A stretch of 49,328 nt of DNA from an uncultured Candidatus Bathyarchaeia archaeon (GCA_964528315.1 CAZGRO010000003.1:1-49328), one strand, 5' to 3'. Shown: positions 26,601 to 35,923, counted from the stretch's first letter. Numbers and translations: made by a program. Notes: generated by a model not told the origin, from the letters alone.

Positions 26601-27473
26601 TTATGCAGTTCTTACGTTCTCTACACCTTGTTTGCCATAGGTCATGTGGCTGGCGAAGAGCCCTCTTAGACTGCTAACATCTTTAGCCTCGTGTGCTGTG
26701 GGGTTCAGGAGAAAGAGAGCGCTCATTCTGGGCTCAGAGAGCAGCTCAAGTGCGCTTCTCGCGAATTTGTAAGCAGCTTGAACATCCACAGATAGTGCTA
26801 GATCAGTTAGGCTGTCATACACCAGGCCCAAGGCCACACTTGGATGCTGTTGAATAATGGGAGAGAGTATGGTCTGGGGAGTAAGATCGACAAGCTCGAT
26901 TCCTTCGTCTCCATCAAGAGCCCTTTGAACTGAGCTTCCTTTCTTCGTCAAGATAACAATCTTCTCTTTGTGAGAAACGCATTCTAAGGCAAAATCTCTG
27001 ACCAGTCGCTCATATGGCGTAGAGGGGTCGAACTCGAGAAGAATCTTCTTCCCCTTCAATGTATCATGGCCCAGCCCCAATAGCGTGGAGAATCTGGATC
27101 CCCTGATCCCGTCCAGTTGTCCCTTGATTTCTCCAACGAGACTTTCAGAGGCGAAGGGCTTGGTCAAGTGTCCGTCAGCACCTGACTCTTTGCTCAGTTT
27201 TCTGTCAACATCTCGGCCGAGCGCAGTAAACATCACGACTGGTATCAATCTTGTTTTGGCCTGAGTTTTCAGAATCCTACAGACTTCTAGACCACTCTTC
27301 CCGGGCATGACCACGTCGAGAAAGATGAAGTCAGGCATGTCGGAATCAGACTTCTGAAGCGCCTCTTCTCCACTAGACGCAGTAATCACTTGGTAGCCCT
27401 TTCTCTCTAGAATTCTCTTGGCGAGGTTGACCGTGTCAGGTTCGTCATCAACAATGAGGATCTTGTCAGGCAA
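26601..27473 (-). CDS. Response regulator: REC domain fused to a P-loop-less KaiC/RecA-like output domain
   Basis: The TTG start lies 2 nt after the kinase stop. REC motifs are DDEPD, the acceptor Asp in FLDVVMPG, MFTA and TKPF. The C-terminal ~160 aa (LGLGHDTLKGKKILLEFDPSTPYERLV...LVYDSLTDLAL...LFLLNPTAH) resemble a KaiC-type domain without Walker A. Confidence 0.8.
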   Translation of the reverse strand: MPDKILIVDDEPDTVNLAKRILERKGYQVITASSGEEALQKSDSDMPDFIFLDVVMPGKSGLEVCRILKTQAKTRLIPVVMFTALGRDVDRKLSKESGADGHLTKPFASESLVGEIKGQLDGIRGSRFSTLLGLGHDTLKGKKILLEFDPSTPYERLVRDFALECVSHKEKIVILTKKGSSVQRALDGDEGIELVDLTPQTILSPIIQQHPSVALGLVYDSLTDLALSVDVQAAYKFARSALELLSEPRMSALFLLNPTAHEAKDVSSLRGLFASHMTYGKQGVENVRTA

Positions 27474-27475
27474 GA

Positions 27476-29590
27476 TTAATCGCTCTTTACCGCTTCTTCC
27501 TTAGGCAGGACAACAATGAAAGTTGTTCCTTTTCCCTCACCAAGAGATTCAGCCCAGATCTTTCCTCTATGAGCTTCCACCAGACCCTTTGTCACGCTTA
27601 GGCCCAATCCTGTACCTTTGACATATGTAGGTTTCTCAATGGCAGCAAAGGGTTCGAAAACTCTCTCCAAATCCTCCTTTCTGATCCCGATGCCAGTATC
27701 GGAGACCCGAATCCTAACCGACTCTCCTCTCTCCTCCACACGGAGCACTATGTTTCCACCTTCAGGCGTGAACTTGTTTGCGTTATTGAGGAGATTCATG
27801 AACACTTGGATAAGCCTTGTACGATCTCCTCGAATCGTTACTGGTCTCTCCGGGTTCTCTATACGAAGGATTTGGCCTTTTTCATCTATAAGTGGTTTTA
27901 TTTCTTGGGCGCAGTGGTTTACTATCTCTCGAAAATCGAAAAGAGTCAGGTCGAGTTGGAACCTTCCAGATTCGAGACGCCTAATCTCAAGCAATTCATT
28001 CACTAAGTCTAGAAGCCTGTCAGCGTTGCGTTTCACCACAAGCAAGCTCGACGCGACCTGTTCTGACATTTCGCCTACTTCTCCAGTGAGAACATCGTCC
28101 ACATAACCCTTGATGGAGGTGAGCGGTGTCCTGAGCTCATGAGTCACGACGGAGATGAATTGATCTCTAATCTTCTCAAGTTCCCTTCTCCTAGTAACGT
28201 CAAGAAGGATGGTGGAGGTCAATTGATCCCTCATCCTCTCCAATTCTCTGCGCTCAGTCATGTCCATGATAGCTCCTTGGAGACCAATGATCTTTCCCTC
28301 CTCGTCTCTAAGCGCATAGGCATTCAGAAATGCATCGAATACTCTTCCGTCTTTTCTCTTAAGTCGTATCTCATGGCCCTTCACGGGGCCCTGTCGTACA
28401 AGTTCGATGAGTTTCTTCCGGTCGCTTGGATCCGCGTACAAGTCAATGACGTTCACCTTTCTCATTTCATCAAGAGTGTCAAATCCAAACATCGACACGC
28501 CTGCAGGGTTCATATCAACGATGGTCCCATCAACACTAGTTGTGTAGATAGCGCTCAGAGAAGCCTCATAGATCCCCCTATACTTCTCCTCAGATTCCGT
28601 GAGTTCTCTCGTTCTCTTACTAATCAGCATCTCCAAGTCCTCAGAGTGACGCTTAAGCTCCTCCTCCAGCTTCCTGTAGCCCGTGATGTCAACTCCCAGA
28701 ATGGCAAGTCTAGTCACGTTTCCTTCCACATCAAGAATAGGATATACGTGATAGTCGATGATTTCTTCTCTACTTGTCCTCTCAACAGAGACGGATTTAC
28801 CTGACCGGATCGCCTGACTGATGAGCGCTTTCCTATCTTTGACCACATCAGAAGAGAGAAGATTGAATATGCAGGATCCGACGAGTTGGTCCGCAGACTT
28901 CCGAAATCTCTTGGCTGTCCATTGATTCGCAAGGATGAATGTCCCATTCGTGTCGATGATATATGCATAGTATGGTATTGCATCGATGAAGGACCGAAGG
29001 GTCTCCTCACTCCTCTGCAGCGAGTCCTCCATCTTCTTGCGTTCTGTGATGTCGACCTGCATATTGAGTATACATGTTTGACCGCCCAGCTCGACCACTT
29101 CAAGGGAGTTCAAAAGGGAACGGATTTCGCCTGACTTGGTTCGTCTCTTGATCTCGACGTTGCTGAGCCGTCGCTTCTGCAACACGTCTTTTACGAGTTG
29201 ATCGCGCTGTTCTGGGTCGAGCATCATTCCCAGTTCAATCGTTGACCGACCGATCGCCTCTTCGCGACTGTAGCCGGACATGCGCACCCAAGCATCATTC
29301 ACATCCACGATCGGCCCTTCAGGTAGGGTAATTAGGTACGGAATAGGACTGAACTGGAAGAGCTGACGAAACCTCTTTTCAGACCGTTTCAGCCTCTCCT
29401 CCAGCCGCTTGCGTTCGGTCTGATCATATATATACCGTGCGCGTGACCTACGGTAAGGAATGGCGCTTCTTGCTTTGCGGTCCCCCCTTCGGTGGCTTCT
29501 ATGACTCAAATCTCCGGCTTCCGTTACGATTGTTGCTGCATTCGCCAGAAAAATCCTCTTTTGTTCCCCAAATTGCCATTCTGAACTCAT
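27476..29590 (-). CDS. Cytoplasmic multi-PAS sensor histidine kinase
   Basis: Three to four PAS-like repeats. H-box VTHELRTPLTSIKGY, N-box LLNNANKFTPEGG, G1 DTGIGI, G2 GTGLGLS. There is no TM segment. Confidence 0.85.
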   Translation of the reverse strand: MSSEWQFGEQKRIFLANAATIVTEAGDLSHRSHRRGDRKARSAIPYRRSRARYIYDQTERKRLEERLKRSEKRFRQLFQFSPIPYLITLPEGPIVDVNDAWVRMSGYSREEAIGRSTIELGMMLDPEQRDQLVKDVLQKRRLSNVEIKRRTKSGEIRSLLNSLEVVELGGQTCILNMQVDITERKKMEDSLQRSEETLRSFIDAIPYYAYIIDTNGTFILANQWTAKRFRKSADQLVGSCIFNLLSSDVVKDRKALISQAIRSGKSVSVERTSREEIIDYHVYPILDVEGNVTRLAILGVDITGYRKLEEELKRHSEDLEMLISKRTRELTESEEKYRGIYEASLSAIYTTSVDGTIVDMNPAGVSMFGFDTLDEMRKVNVIDLYADPSDRKKLIELVRQGPVKGHEIRLKRKDGRVFDAFLNAYALRDEEGKIIGLQGAIMDMTERRELERMRDQLTSTILLDVTRRRELEKIRDQFISVVTHELRTPLTSIKGYVDDVLTGEVGEMSEQVASSLLVVKRNADRLLDLVNELLEIRRLESGRFQLDLTLFDFREIVNHCAQEIKPLIDEKGQILRIENPERPVTIRGDRTRLIQVFMNLLNNANKFTPEGGNIVLRVEERGESVRIRVSDTGIGIRKEDLERVFEPFAAIEKPTYVKGTGLGLSVTKGLVEAHRGKIWAESLGEGKGTTFIVVLPKEEAVKSD

Positions 29591-29897
29591 GGAGGGTGGT
29601 GTATAGCCATGAAGCGTACAAACAGGCTCAGTTTCATCTCAAATACGAAATATCGGAATGTGGCGGTGTCTGGATGTGTCTTGGACGCGTTACTTGTTTG
29701 AATACTTCTAGGTACCTCTCCGGGTCATCAGAAGGTCCTACATTGCATATATCCGGATTTCAATGTCATGATCTCGGGGGCAAAGAACATGGGCTCCAAG
29801 TGGATCACCGCATCGCAACCACCTCTCTGCTCGGAGGCCATGTTTCAGCTCCTCCAAGCATACATTGCATTGAGATTGGTCTTCGAGGAGAACAGGA

Positions 29898-30203
29898 ATG
29901 GGTAGAACAATTCCATCTTGGCGCATAGGCCTTGAAGAGGAGTTTAAGCGATGGAAAGGGTTTCAAGGCATACTTCGTACGGAAGAACGCATAATCTTTG
30001 AGGATTTGATGGATGAGTGTCGGCGATATGCAGCGGCTGCAGGTGCGGCCTGCTTTCCACTTAGATCCGAAGGCATGTTTCTCTCAGTTCTATTTGCACA
30101 TCACAAACGTCTGAAAGAATTATGCGACAAGATCGATCGACTCAACAATCTCATGGAAAGATGCATCCAAGTGAGCAAACCGCCAAGCGCGCGCGCTCAA
30201 TAG
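29898..30203 (+). CDS. Hypothetical helical protein
   Basis: 101-aa ORF (SWRIGLEEEFKRWKGFQGILRTEERIIFEDLMDECRRYAAAAG...). Its ATG overlaps the stop of a 45-aa upstream ORF. I recognise no family. Confidence 0.4.
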   Translation: MGRTIPSWRIGLEEEFKRWKGFQGILRTEERIIFEDLMDECRRYAAAAGAACFPLRSEGMFLSVLFAHHKRLKELCDKIDRLNNLMERCIQVSKPPSARAQ

Positions 30204-30262
30204 TCAAACTGAGCTTTCCATTCCAGGCCTGACTTCAGATGTGTGACGCTGAGGCAACAGGC

Positions 30263-31480
30263 CTATTCAAGAAGATGTCTCTGTGAAGGCCCCAGAGATG
30301 CCAGATTACCAATATTCACTCTTGTCAGATGTTTCTTGGCTGCCTCATAGCAATCCTTCACTTGGTGAAATGGGGTCACCGGTAGATCGTCCATCATGAA
30401 ATCTGGGTGAAAAACGAGCAAGCTGTATGGTATGTTCCTATCCAAATCTGCCAAGAATCTAGAGATCGCATCAACTTCATGATCATCCACATAACCCGAC
30501 ACGAGCGGTGTTGCAGCCGTTAATAGGGGTACGTTTCGGCGTTTGTCACCGTATTTTCTGAATAACCTCTCGAAATTCTCGAAAGATCTCTGGTTTGAGA
30601 CACCGCTCAGACCCATGCTCAACGATTCTGTTCTGCATTTGAGGTCAAACTTGATGTTGCCCCCGCTTTCTAGCGCAAGCTCGGCAGCCTGCTCGACAAG
30701 GGTCCTGTTTCCTGCTCCGTTCCATTCAAAGCAGATCCTCAAGATTCGGTTCTGAGGTTTCGATTCGAGCACGGTCCTTGCAGCCGATATCGCAAAGGGG
30801 AGCTGGGGTTCCGGTGATCCGCCGAAGAAGCACCAACATGAAATCCTATCGTTCTCTAGCGTAGTGGAGATGAGTTCTTCCGAGCTACAGATCTGAGCCT
30901 GCTCGAGTCTCTTGTGAGAATCGTTCTGGCAGAAGAGGCAATCAAAGTTGCAACCGTAGAAGAATATTGACAGGTTGCAGTATCCGATTTCTGGTCCCTC
31001 CTTGTAGGCGTATCTTGGGTATCCTGCGCCTGTGCCAGCTGGACAAAACCAGGCGGCGCAACAGTTAGTGACATGGGGATCAAGATAGTATGAGAGAGCA
31101 GCCTTACTCGTACTCGAAATTGAGGCGAAGAAACCTCGCGAATATTCTTTTAGTCCGCAGTAGCTCCTGTCTCCCTCTCCGATCACACACTCATTCGCGC
31201 AGAGGTTGCATAGAACTCCGTTTCTTGTTTGTGGCGGTGTAGCTGGTAGACCAAACCCTCTCCGGATATTCCTGTGAGCTTCAAAGATGTATGGCTGGGC
31301 CTCGCCGAAGTTGTTTCTGATGCAATTGAGGCACACCCCTAGACTAGATGATGTGACATGTGACTTTTGATGACAGACACGGCATGTTTTGTCGGATCTC
31401 AATCCCAAAGAGTGGCTCAGGATGAGTGTGGCCACGGTGGAATAAGAGTTGTACTGTGATAGGTTGAAGCAGCTTGTCAA
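30263..31480 (-). CDS. Radical SAM enzyme, PflA/NrdG-type activase-like, with Cys-rich N-terminal extension
   Basis: TTG start. The cluster motif CNFDCLFCQN sits in the FFYGCN context typical of glycyl-radical activases. N-terminal zinc-ribbon-like motifs are CRVCHQ...CLNC and CNLCANEC, plus NCCAAWFC. Confidence 0.75.
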   Translation of the reverse strand: MTSCFNLSQYNSYSTVATLILSHSLGLRSDKTCRVCHQKSHVTSSSLGVCLNCIRNNFGEAQPYIFEAHRNIRRGFGLPATPPQTRNGVLCNLCANECVIGEGDRSYCGLKEYSRGFFASISSTSKAALSYYLDPHVTNCCAAWFCPAGTGAGYPRYAYKEGPEIGYCNLSIFFYGCNFDCLFCQNDSHKRLEQAQICSSEELISTTLENDRISCWCFFGGSPEPQLPFAISAARTVLESKPQNRILRICFEWNGAGNRTLVEQAAELALESGGNIKFDLKCRTESLSMGLSGVSNQRSFENFERLFRKYGDKRRNVPLLTAATPLVSGYVDDHEVDAISRFLADLDRNIPYSLLVFHPDFMMDDLPVTPFHQVKDCYEAAKKHLTRVNIGNLASLGPSQRHLLE

Positions 31481-32183
31481 GTTGTTGCTTAGACGTTTGC
31501 TTTCTGCAAGCCTATGATCTGGTCTATCTTGGATTTTGCTCCTCTGCTCCGGCCTAAGATTGCTTCATGGTCTTCTCTTCATTATGCCTCTTTGGGTTTC
31601 CGTTCTTTCCCGAGATAGTCAGCAACTCAGTCGAGGGGCTATTGCTTCATTCGTACTAGTCTATCGGAAGATTGGAGAAGGGAAAATGAGGCTATTGGAA
31701 ATACAGCAATGCAGGCAGCAAAATAGGTTTAAATCTGTTAGTAGTGCTCAGTTTAGATATGGATCGCTGCGAGAACTGCAACAAACCATTGCCGCGGCAT
31801 TCACATCTGCGATTTTGCGAGGCGTGCAGAAGGAACGCGGTGAGAACGCTCAAGCAAAGCTGAGAAATTCTATCTCGGCCAACTGCGCGCCGAAGTCTGG
31901 ATGCCGCTTTATCCAGTTGCGGCGACAGGGCGAGTTCTCTGTGCGGATTGTGAACGAGAAATCGACCGAACTGAAAGAATCAGTTCCATTCTCTGCACCT
32001 GAGATGAGTCGAGGGTTGAAGGTTTTGGAGCTTTAAGAAGCGATCGCGTCTCAGCGAGACTCCAATGTGCTTGAAAATCGAAGAGATGAAGATCTGATGT
32101 GGTTGCTGAGGCCTGCTTTGTCTCAAGATCTTGTCAATCGGTTTCAGTTTTCTGCGGTGCTTATCTGAAATGTCGATACAGTA

Positions 32184-32190
32184 TTTTATA
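32184..32190 (+). promoter_or_regulatory. Candidate TATA box for nrdD (leaderless ATG at 32211)
   Basis: TTTTATA begins 27 nt upstream of the ATG at 32211. No Shine-Dalgarno precedes either the TTG at 32196 or the ATG at 32211. Confidence 0.3.
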
Positions 32191-32210
32191 CAGAATTGTC
32201 TAAAATTTAT

Positions 32211-34370
32211 ATGGGTCCTCCGCTGACTAGCTTAAGGTATCTTCAGCGCTTGGAGCTTGATGCTTGCTTGGTGTTGCAAACAGAACAGGAGCAGACGCCT
32301 GACTCAATCAAGTACTTCCCCGCCGTAAGAACATCGAAAATACAGTTTGAGTCTTTCGATGCGGAGAAGATCAAAGAGTCCCTTATGCGAGAAGTGAATC
32401 TTACAAGTGACGATGCTCAGAAGATATCTGAGAAAGTGGCTGAAAAAGTAAATCGAATCGGGCTTTCTTTTCTTTCTTCCCCGTTGATACGGGAGCTTGT
32501 ATGTGTAACACTACTGGAACACAATTTGGAGAGAGAACGTGCAAAATACACGAGACTGGGTCTTCCTGTCTACGATGTAACCAGAATGGTCGCTAGTGGT
32601 GATAAGGAAAACGCTAATCTTCAGCACAACCCTGAGACCATTCACAAACTCGCAGCCGACGCAGTCTTCAGTCAATATGCTCTGCTTTCAGCTCTTCCTC
32701 CTAACTTAGCTGATGCCCACATGTCAGGAGAGATTCACATTCACGAACTCGAATACTTCATCACCAGGCCATTCTGTCAGGAACACGATTTGAGATTCTT
32801 CCTTCGGAGAGGATTGATGGTTGATGGTCAAGGTGTTCACACCTCTGTTGCAGGCCCTGCCAAACACCCTGAGGTAGCTATGCTCCACGCAGCCAAGGCC
32901 TTGGCTGCTGCCCAAACAAACTGGGCTGGTGGTCAGGGATACGACTTCTTCAATGTCTGGCTGGCCCCGTTCATGCGCGGCCTTTCATATGAGAAGGTGA
33001 AGCAGCTAGCTCAGATGTTCATCTATGAGATGTCGCAGATGTATGTTGCCCGAGGTGGCCAGACAGTCTTCTCATCTATTGCCTTGGAATGTTCTGTTCC
33101 GAAGGTGGCTGAAGATATTCCGGCAGTTATGCCGGGAGGAAAAGTTGGGCCTGATGTCTATGGGGATTATGCGGATGAGGCCAATCTCTTCTTCAACGCC
33201 ATAATGGATGTATATCTTGGCGGAGACTTTGCAGGCAAACCATTCAATTTCCCCAAGCCAGAAGTGAAGATCCGCCCGGAATATCTCGGACGTTTTGATA
33301 AGGAATATCTCAAAGCAGCGGCGCTTGCAGCCAAATTCGGATCACCTTACTTTCTCAACCTCTGTCCAAGCTACATGCCAGATATCGTGAACTCCCAATG
33401 CTGCAGGATAATTCTGACGCCGGATAGCGAAGAAGAGGACGACTTCAGGTTAGGCAGAGTGAGGATGGGAAGTCTCCAAATGATCACCATCAACTTGCCA
33501 AGAATCGCTTACGAATCCAACAGAAATGATCAAGAGTTTTTTGAGATTCTGGATGAGAGAATGGACTTGGCAAAGGAGGCGCTGGAGATCAAGCGGAACA
33601 CAATAAAGAAACGCTTGGATGAAGGCGCACTTCCATTTGCATCTATGGATGTTGATGGAGAGCCATACCTGAAGCTTGGCAAACAGGTTCTGAATATCGG
33701 CTTCATAGGTCTTAATGAGGCGCTGAAGGCTCACACTGGTGAAGAACTTCACGAAACTCAGAACGCTTGGAGATTTGGCCTCAAGATCATTAGCCACATG
33801 GCGAACCGGGCTGAGGAATACACAAAGGAGACTGGTGGCAGATTCGGAATTCTGCAAACCCCGGCTGAGAGTACTTGTCATCGGCTGGCTTTGATCGACA
33901 GGAAAATGTTTGGCGACAGGGCGGTGGTCCAGGGGGATTTCAACAATGGCTCACCATACTACACAAATAGCTCCCATGTCAAACCTTCAGCCGACATCCC
34001 ATTCGGTCAAAGAGTTAAGATCGAGGCGAGCTTCCATCCGATCACTCGAGGCGGAGCAATCATGCACGTCTGGCTTGGAGAGGCCAACCCTTCGCCTGAG
34101 GCAATAGCCTCCCTGACAAAGAGAATAGCGACAAAATCACTTGCAGCATACTTCACCTACACCAAAGATCTCACAATATGCACGAAATGCCAGAAAGTGG
34201 AATCAGGGCTTCTGAAAATATGTCCTAACTGCGGTGCGGTCGATCCGGATCTGGAATGGTGGTCTAGGATAACGGGCTACTACCAGCGCGTCAAAGGCTG
34301 GAACGCAGGGAAGCGCGCAGAACTAGCTGACAGAAGACGATACGCAACTGGAACAATGGTTCCGGCCTGA
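32211..34370 (+). CDS. nrdD: Anaerobic (class III) ribonucleoside-triphosphate reductase
   Basis: N-terminal ATP-cone (KIQFESFDAEKIKESLMREV...). The large catalytic body ends in the zinc ribbon CTKCQ...CPNCG and the glycyl-radical motif SRITGYYQRV. The ORF opens at the TTG at 32196. Confidence 0.9.
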   Translation: MGPPLTSLRYLQRLELDACLVLQTEQEQTPDSIKYFPAVRTSKIQFESFDAEKIKESLMREVNLTSDDAQKISEKVAEKVNRIGLSFLSSPLIRELVCVTLLEHNLERERAKYTRLGLPVYDVTRMVASGDKENANLQHNPETIHKLAADAVFSQYALLSALPPNLADAHMSGEIHIHELEYFITRPFCQEHDLRFFLRRGLMVDGQGVHTSVAGPAKHPEVAMLHAAKALAAAQTNWAGGQGYDFFNVWLAPFMRGLSYEKVKQLAQMFIYEMSQMYVARGGQTVFSSIALECSVPKVAEDIPAVMPGGKVGPDVYGDYADEANLFFNAIMDVYLGGDFAGKPFNFPKPEVKIRPEYLGRFDKEYLKAAALAAKFGSPYFLNLCPSYMPDIVNSQCCRIILTPDSEEEDDFRLGRVRMGSLQMITINLPRIAYESNRNDQEFFEILDERMDLAKEALEIKRNTIKKRLDEGALPFASMDVDGEPYLKLGKQVLNIGFIGLNEALKAHTGEELHETQNAWRFGLKIISHMANRAEEYTKETGGRFGILQTPAESTCHRLALIDRKMFGDRAVVQGDFNNGSPYYTNSSHVKPSADIPFGQRVKIEASFHPITRGGAIMHVWLGEANPSPEAIASLTKRIATKSLAAYFTYTKDLTICTKCQKVESGLLKICPNCGAVDPDLEWWSRITGYYQRVKGWNAGKRAELADRRRYATGTMVPA

Positions 34371-34392
34371 CTCCTAGGACGATGGATTTCGC

Positions 34393-35313
34393 CTAGTCTC
34401 CCAAGACTGAAGCGAGCAACGCCATTCTTGTCAGAAGGCCATACCACATCTGCTTGAAATACTTGGCATGTTTCGTTTCGTCTATCTCGAAAGAGATTTC
34501 ATCTACGCGAGGCAAAGGATGCATCACAATCATATTCTCTTTCACACTGCGAAGATGGTTTGCGGCGAGTTGATATGAGCCTTTGACTTTCTCATACTCG
34601 GCTGGATCTCCGAATCTCTCCTTTTGAATCCTGGTCATGTAGAGAACATCGAGCTTCGGAAGAAGCGTCTCCATATCTGAGGCTTCGGCCACTGGGATTC
34701 GATCCCTTATGTCGACAACTATTTCCGGTCTCATTCTCAGCAGGTCAGGAGATACTAGGTACAGCTTCACCTTGTAGAGCGAAAGCGCATAGGCCAAGGA
34801 GTGAACGGTTCTTCCATATCGGAGATCGCCTGCCAAAGCGATCGTGGCTCCATCAATTGAGCCCAACTCTCGCCTTATTGTGTATAGATCGAGGAGGGCC
34901 TGTGTCGGATGTTCCTGTGCGCCTGAACCTGCATTGATAACCGGAATCGAGGCAAAATCCGCCGCTAAACGAGCTGCACCCTCAAGAGGATGCCTTATCA
35001 CAAGAATATCAGTATAATTCTCCACTGTTCTGACAGTATCGGCTAGATTTTCCCCTTTCTCCACCGAGGCCATCTTTGTTTCAGCAAAGCCTAAGGCTCG
35101 TCCCCCCAAACGCATCATCGCCGACTCGAAGCTGAGTCTGGTTCTTGTGCTCGGCTCGTAGAACAGCGTCCCCATCAGCTTTCCGTGAAGCATATCAGAT
35201 CCGGTCTTGGCAAGAGCCTCCATCGAATCAGTCTTCGCCATCAGTTCGTCAATGTCTGATCTGGAGAAGTCCTTGATTGAGATGACATCCTTCCCCTTCA
35301 GATCCACACCCAT
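34393..35313 (-). CDS. pyrB: Aspartate carbamoyltransferase catalytic subunit
   Basis: Motifs STRTR, HPTQ (EHPTQALLD) and HPLPR, plus overall ATCase collinearity over 306 aa. Confidence 0.95.
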   Translation of the reverse strand: MGVDLKGKDVISIKDFSRSDIDELMAKTDSMEALAKTGSDMLHGKLMGTLFYEPSTRTRLSFESAMMRLGGRALGFAETKMASVEKGENLADTVRTVENYTDILVIRHPLEGAARLAADFASIPVINAGSGAQEHPTQALLDLYTIRRELGSIDGATIALAGDLRYGRTVHSLAYALSLYKVKLYLVSPDLLRMRPEIVVDIRDRIPVAEASDMETLLPKLDVLYMTRIQKERFGDPAEYEKVKGSYQLAANHLRSVKENMIVMHPLPRVDEISFEIDETKHAKYFKQMWYGLLTRMALLASVLGD

Positions 35314-35455
35314 ATCCTCAGGCCGTTCATTTGAGCTTGTTCGTTAAAACGGTTATCGTACGATTCCTGTGGGACTCGCACGAATTCTGATATGGCGGCT
35401 CCCTCAGGACGAACTGTTATCTAATCGTAGATCAGTCTAGTGGTAGGGAGTCACT

Positions 35456-35923
35456 TTGTCCAGCAGGGAGGAGCTCCACGTCAGAAAAATAAGAAATGGA
35501 ACAGTTATTGACCATATAGCACCAGGCCACGCGTTGGATGTTCTCAGAATCCTAGGCATCAATGGCAGAGAAGGCGTAGTGGTAAGCATAGCCATGAACG
35601 TTTCCAGCAAGAGATTCGGAAAGAAGGATGTCGTCAAGATAGAAGAAAGGCAGCTTGCCCCTCAGGAACTAGATAGAATTGCGTTAATTGCTCCAAATGC
35701 AACCATAAATCTCGTCAAGGATTTTGACGTAATCAAGAAGGAGAAGGTACACCTCCCGGACACGATCACAGGAATAGTTCGATGCGCCAACCCAGCATGT
35801 ATCTCCAACTCTCGAGAGCCCGTTGCTCCAGACTTCAAAGTGGAAAGCTCTGAACCCTTACGGATACGATGCAGGTTTTGTGGAAGGACCATGGAGAAAA
35901 GTGATGTTCTCAAACAGTTCTGA
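35456..35923 (+). CDS. pyrI: Aspartate carbamoyltransferase regulatory subunit
   Basis: The TTG start follows GGGAG. The N-terminus LHVRKIRNGTVIDHI and the zinc domain CANPACISN...CRFCGR are present. Confidence 0.9.
   Translation: MSSREELHVRKIRNGTVIDHIAPGHALDVLRILGINGREGVVVSIAMNVSSKRFGKKDVVKIEERQLAPQELDRIALIAPNATINLVKDFDVIKKEKVHLPDTITGIVRCANPACISNSREPVAPDFKVESSEPLRIRCRFCGRTMEKSDVLKQF

Noticed and set aside
28139-28804. 221-aa plus-strand ORF inside the histidine kinase gene
   Set aside because: It is antisense to the PAS/HisKA region and its sequence looks non-protein-like.
31536-32036. 166-aa ORF in the nrdD upstream spacer
   Set aside because: It has no motifs and its composition is odd. 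The same DNA reads as zinc-ribbon mini-ORFs in the other frames. It is kept only as context in a finding.
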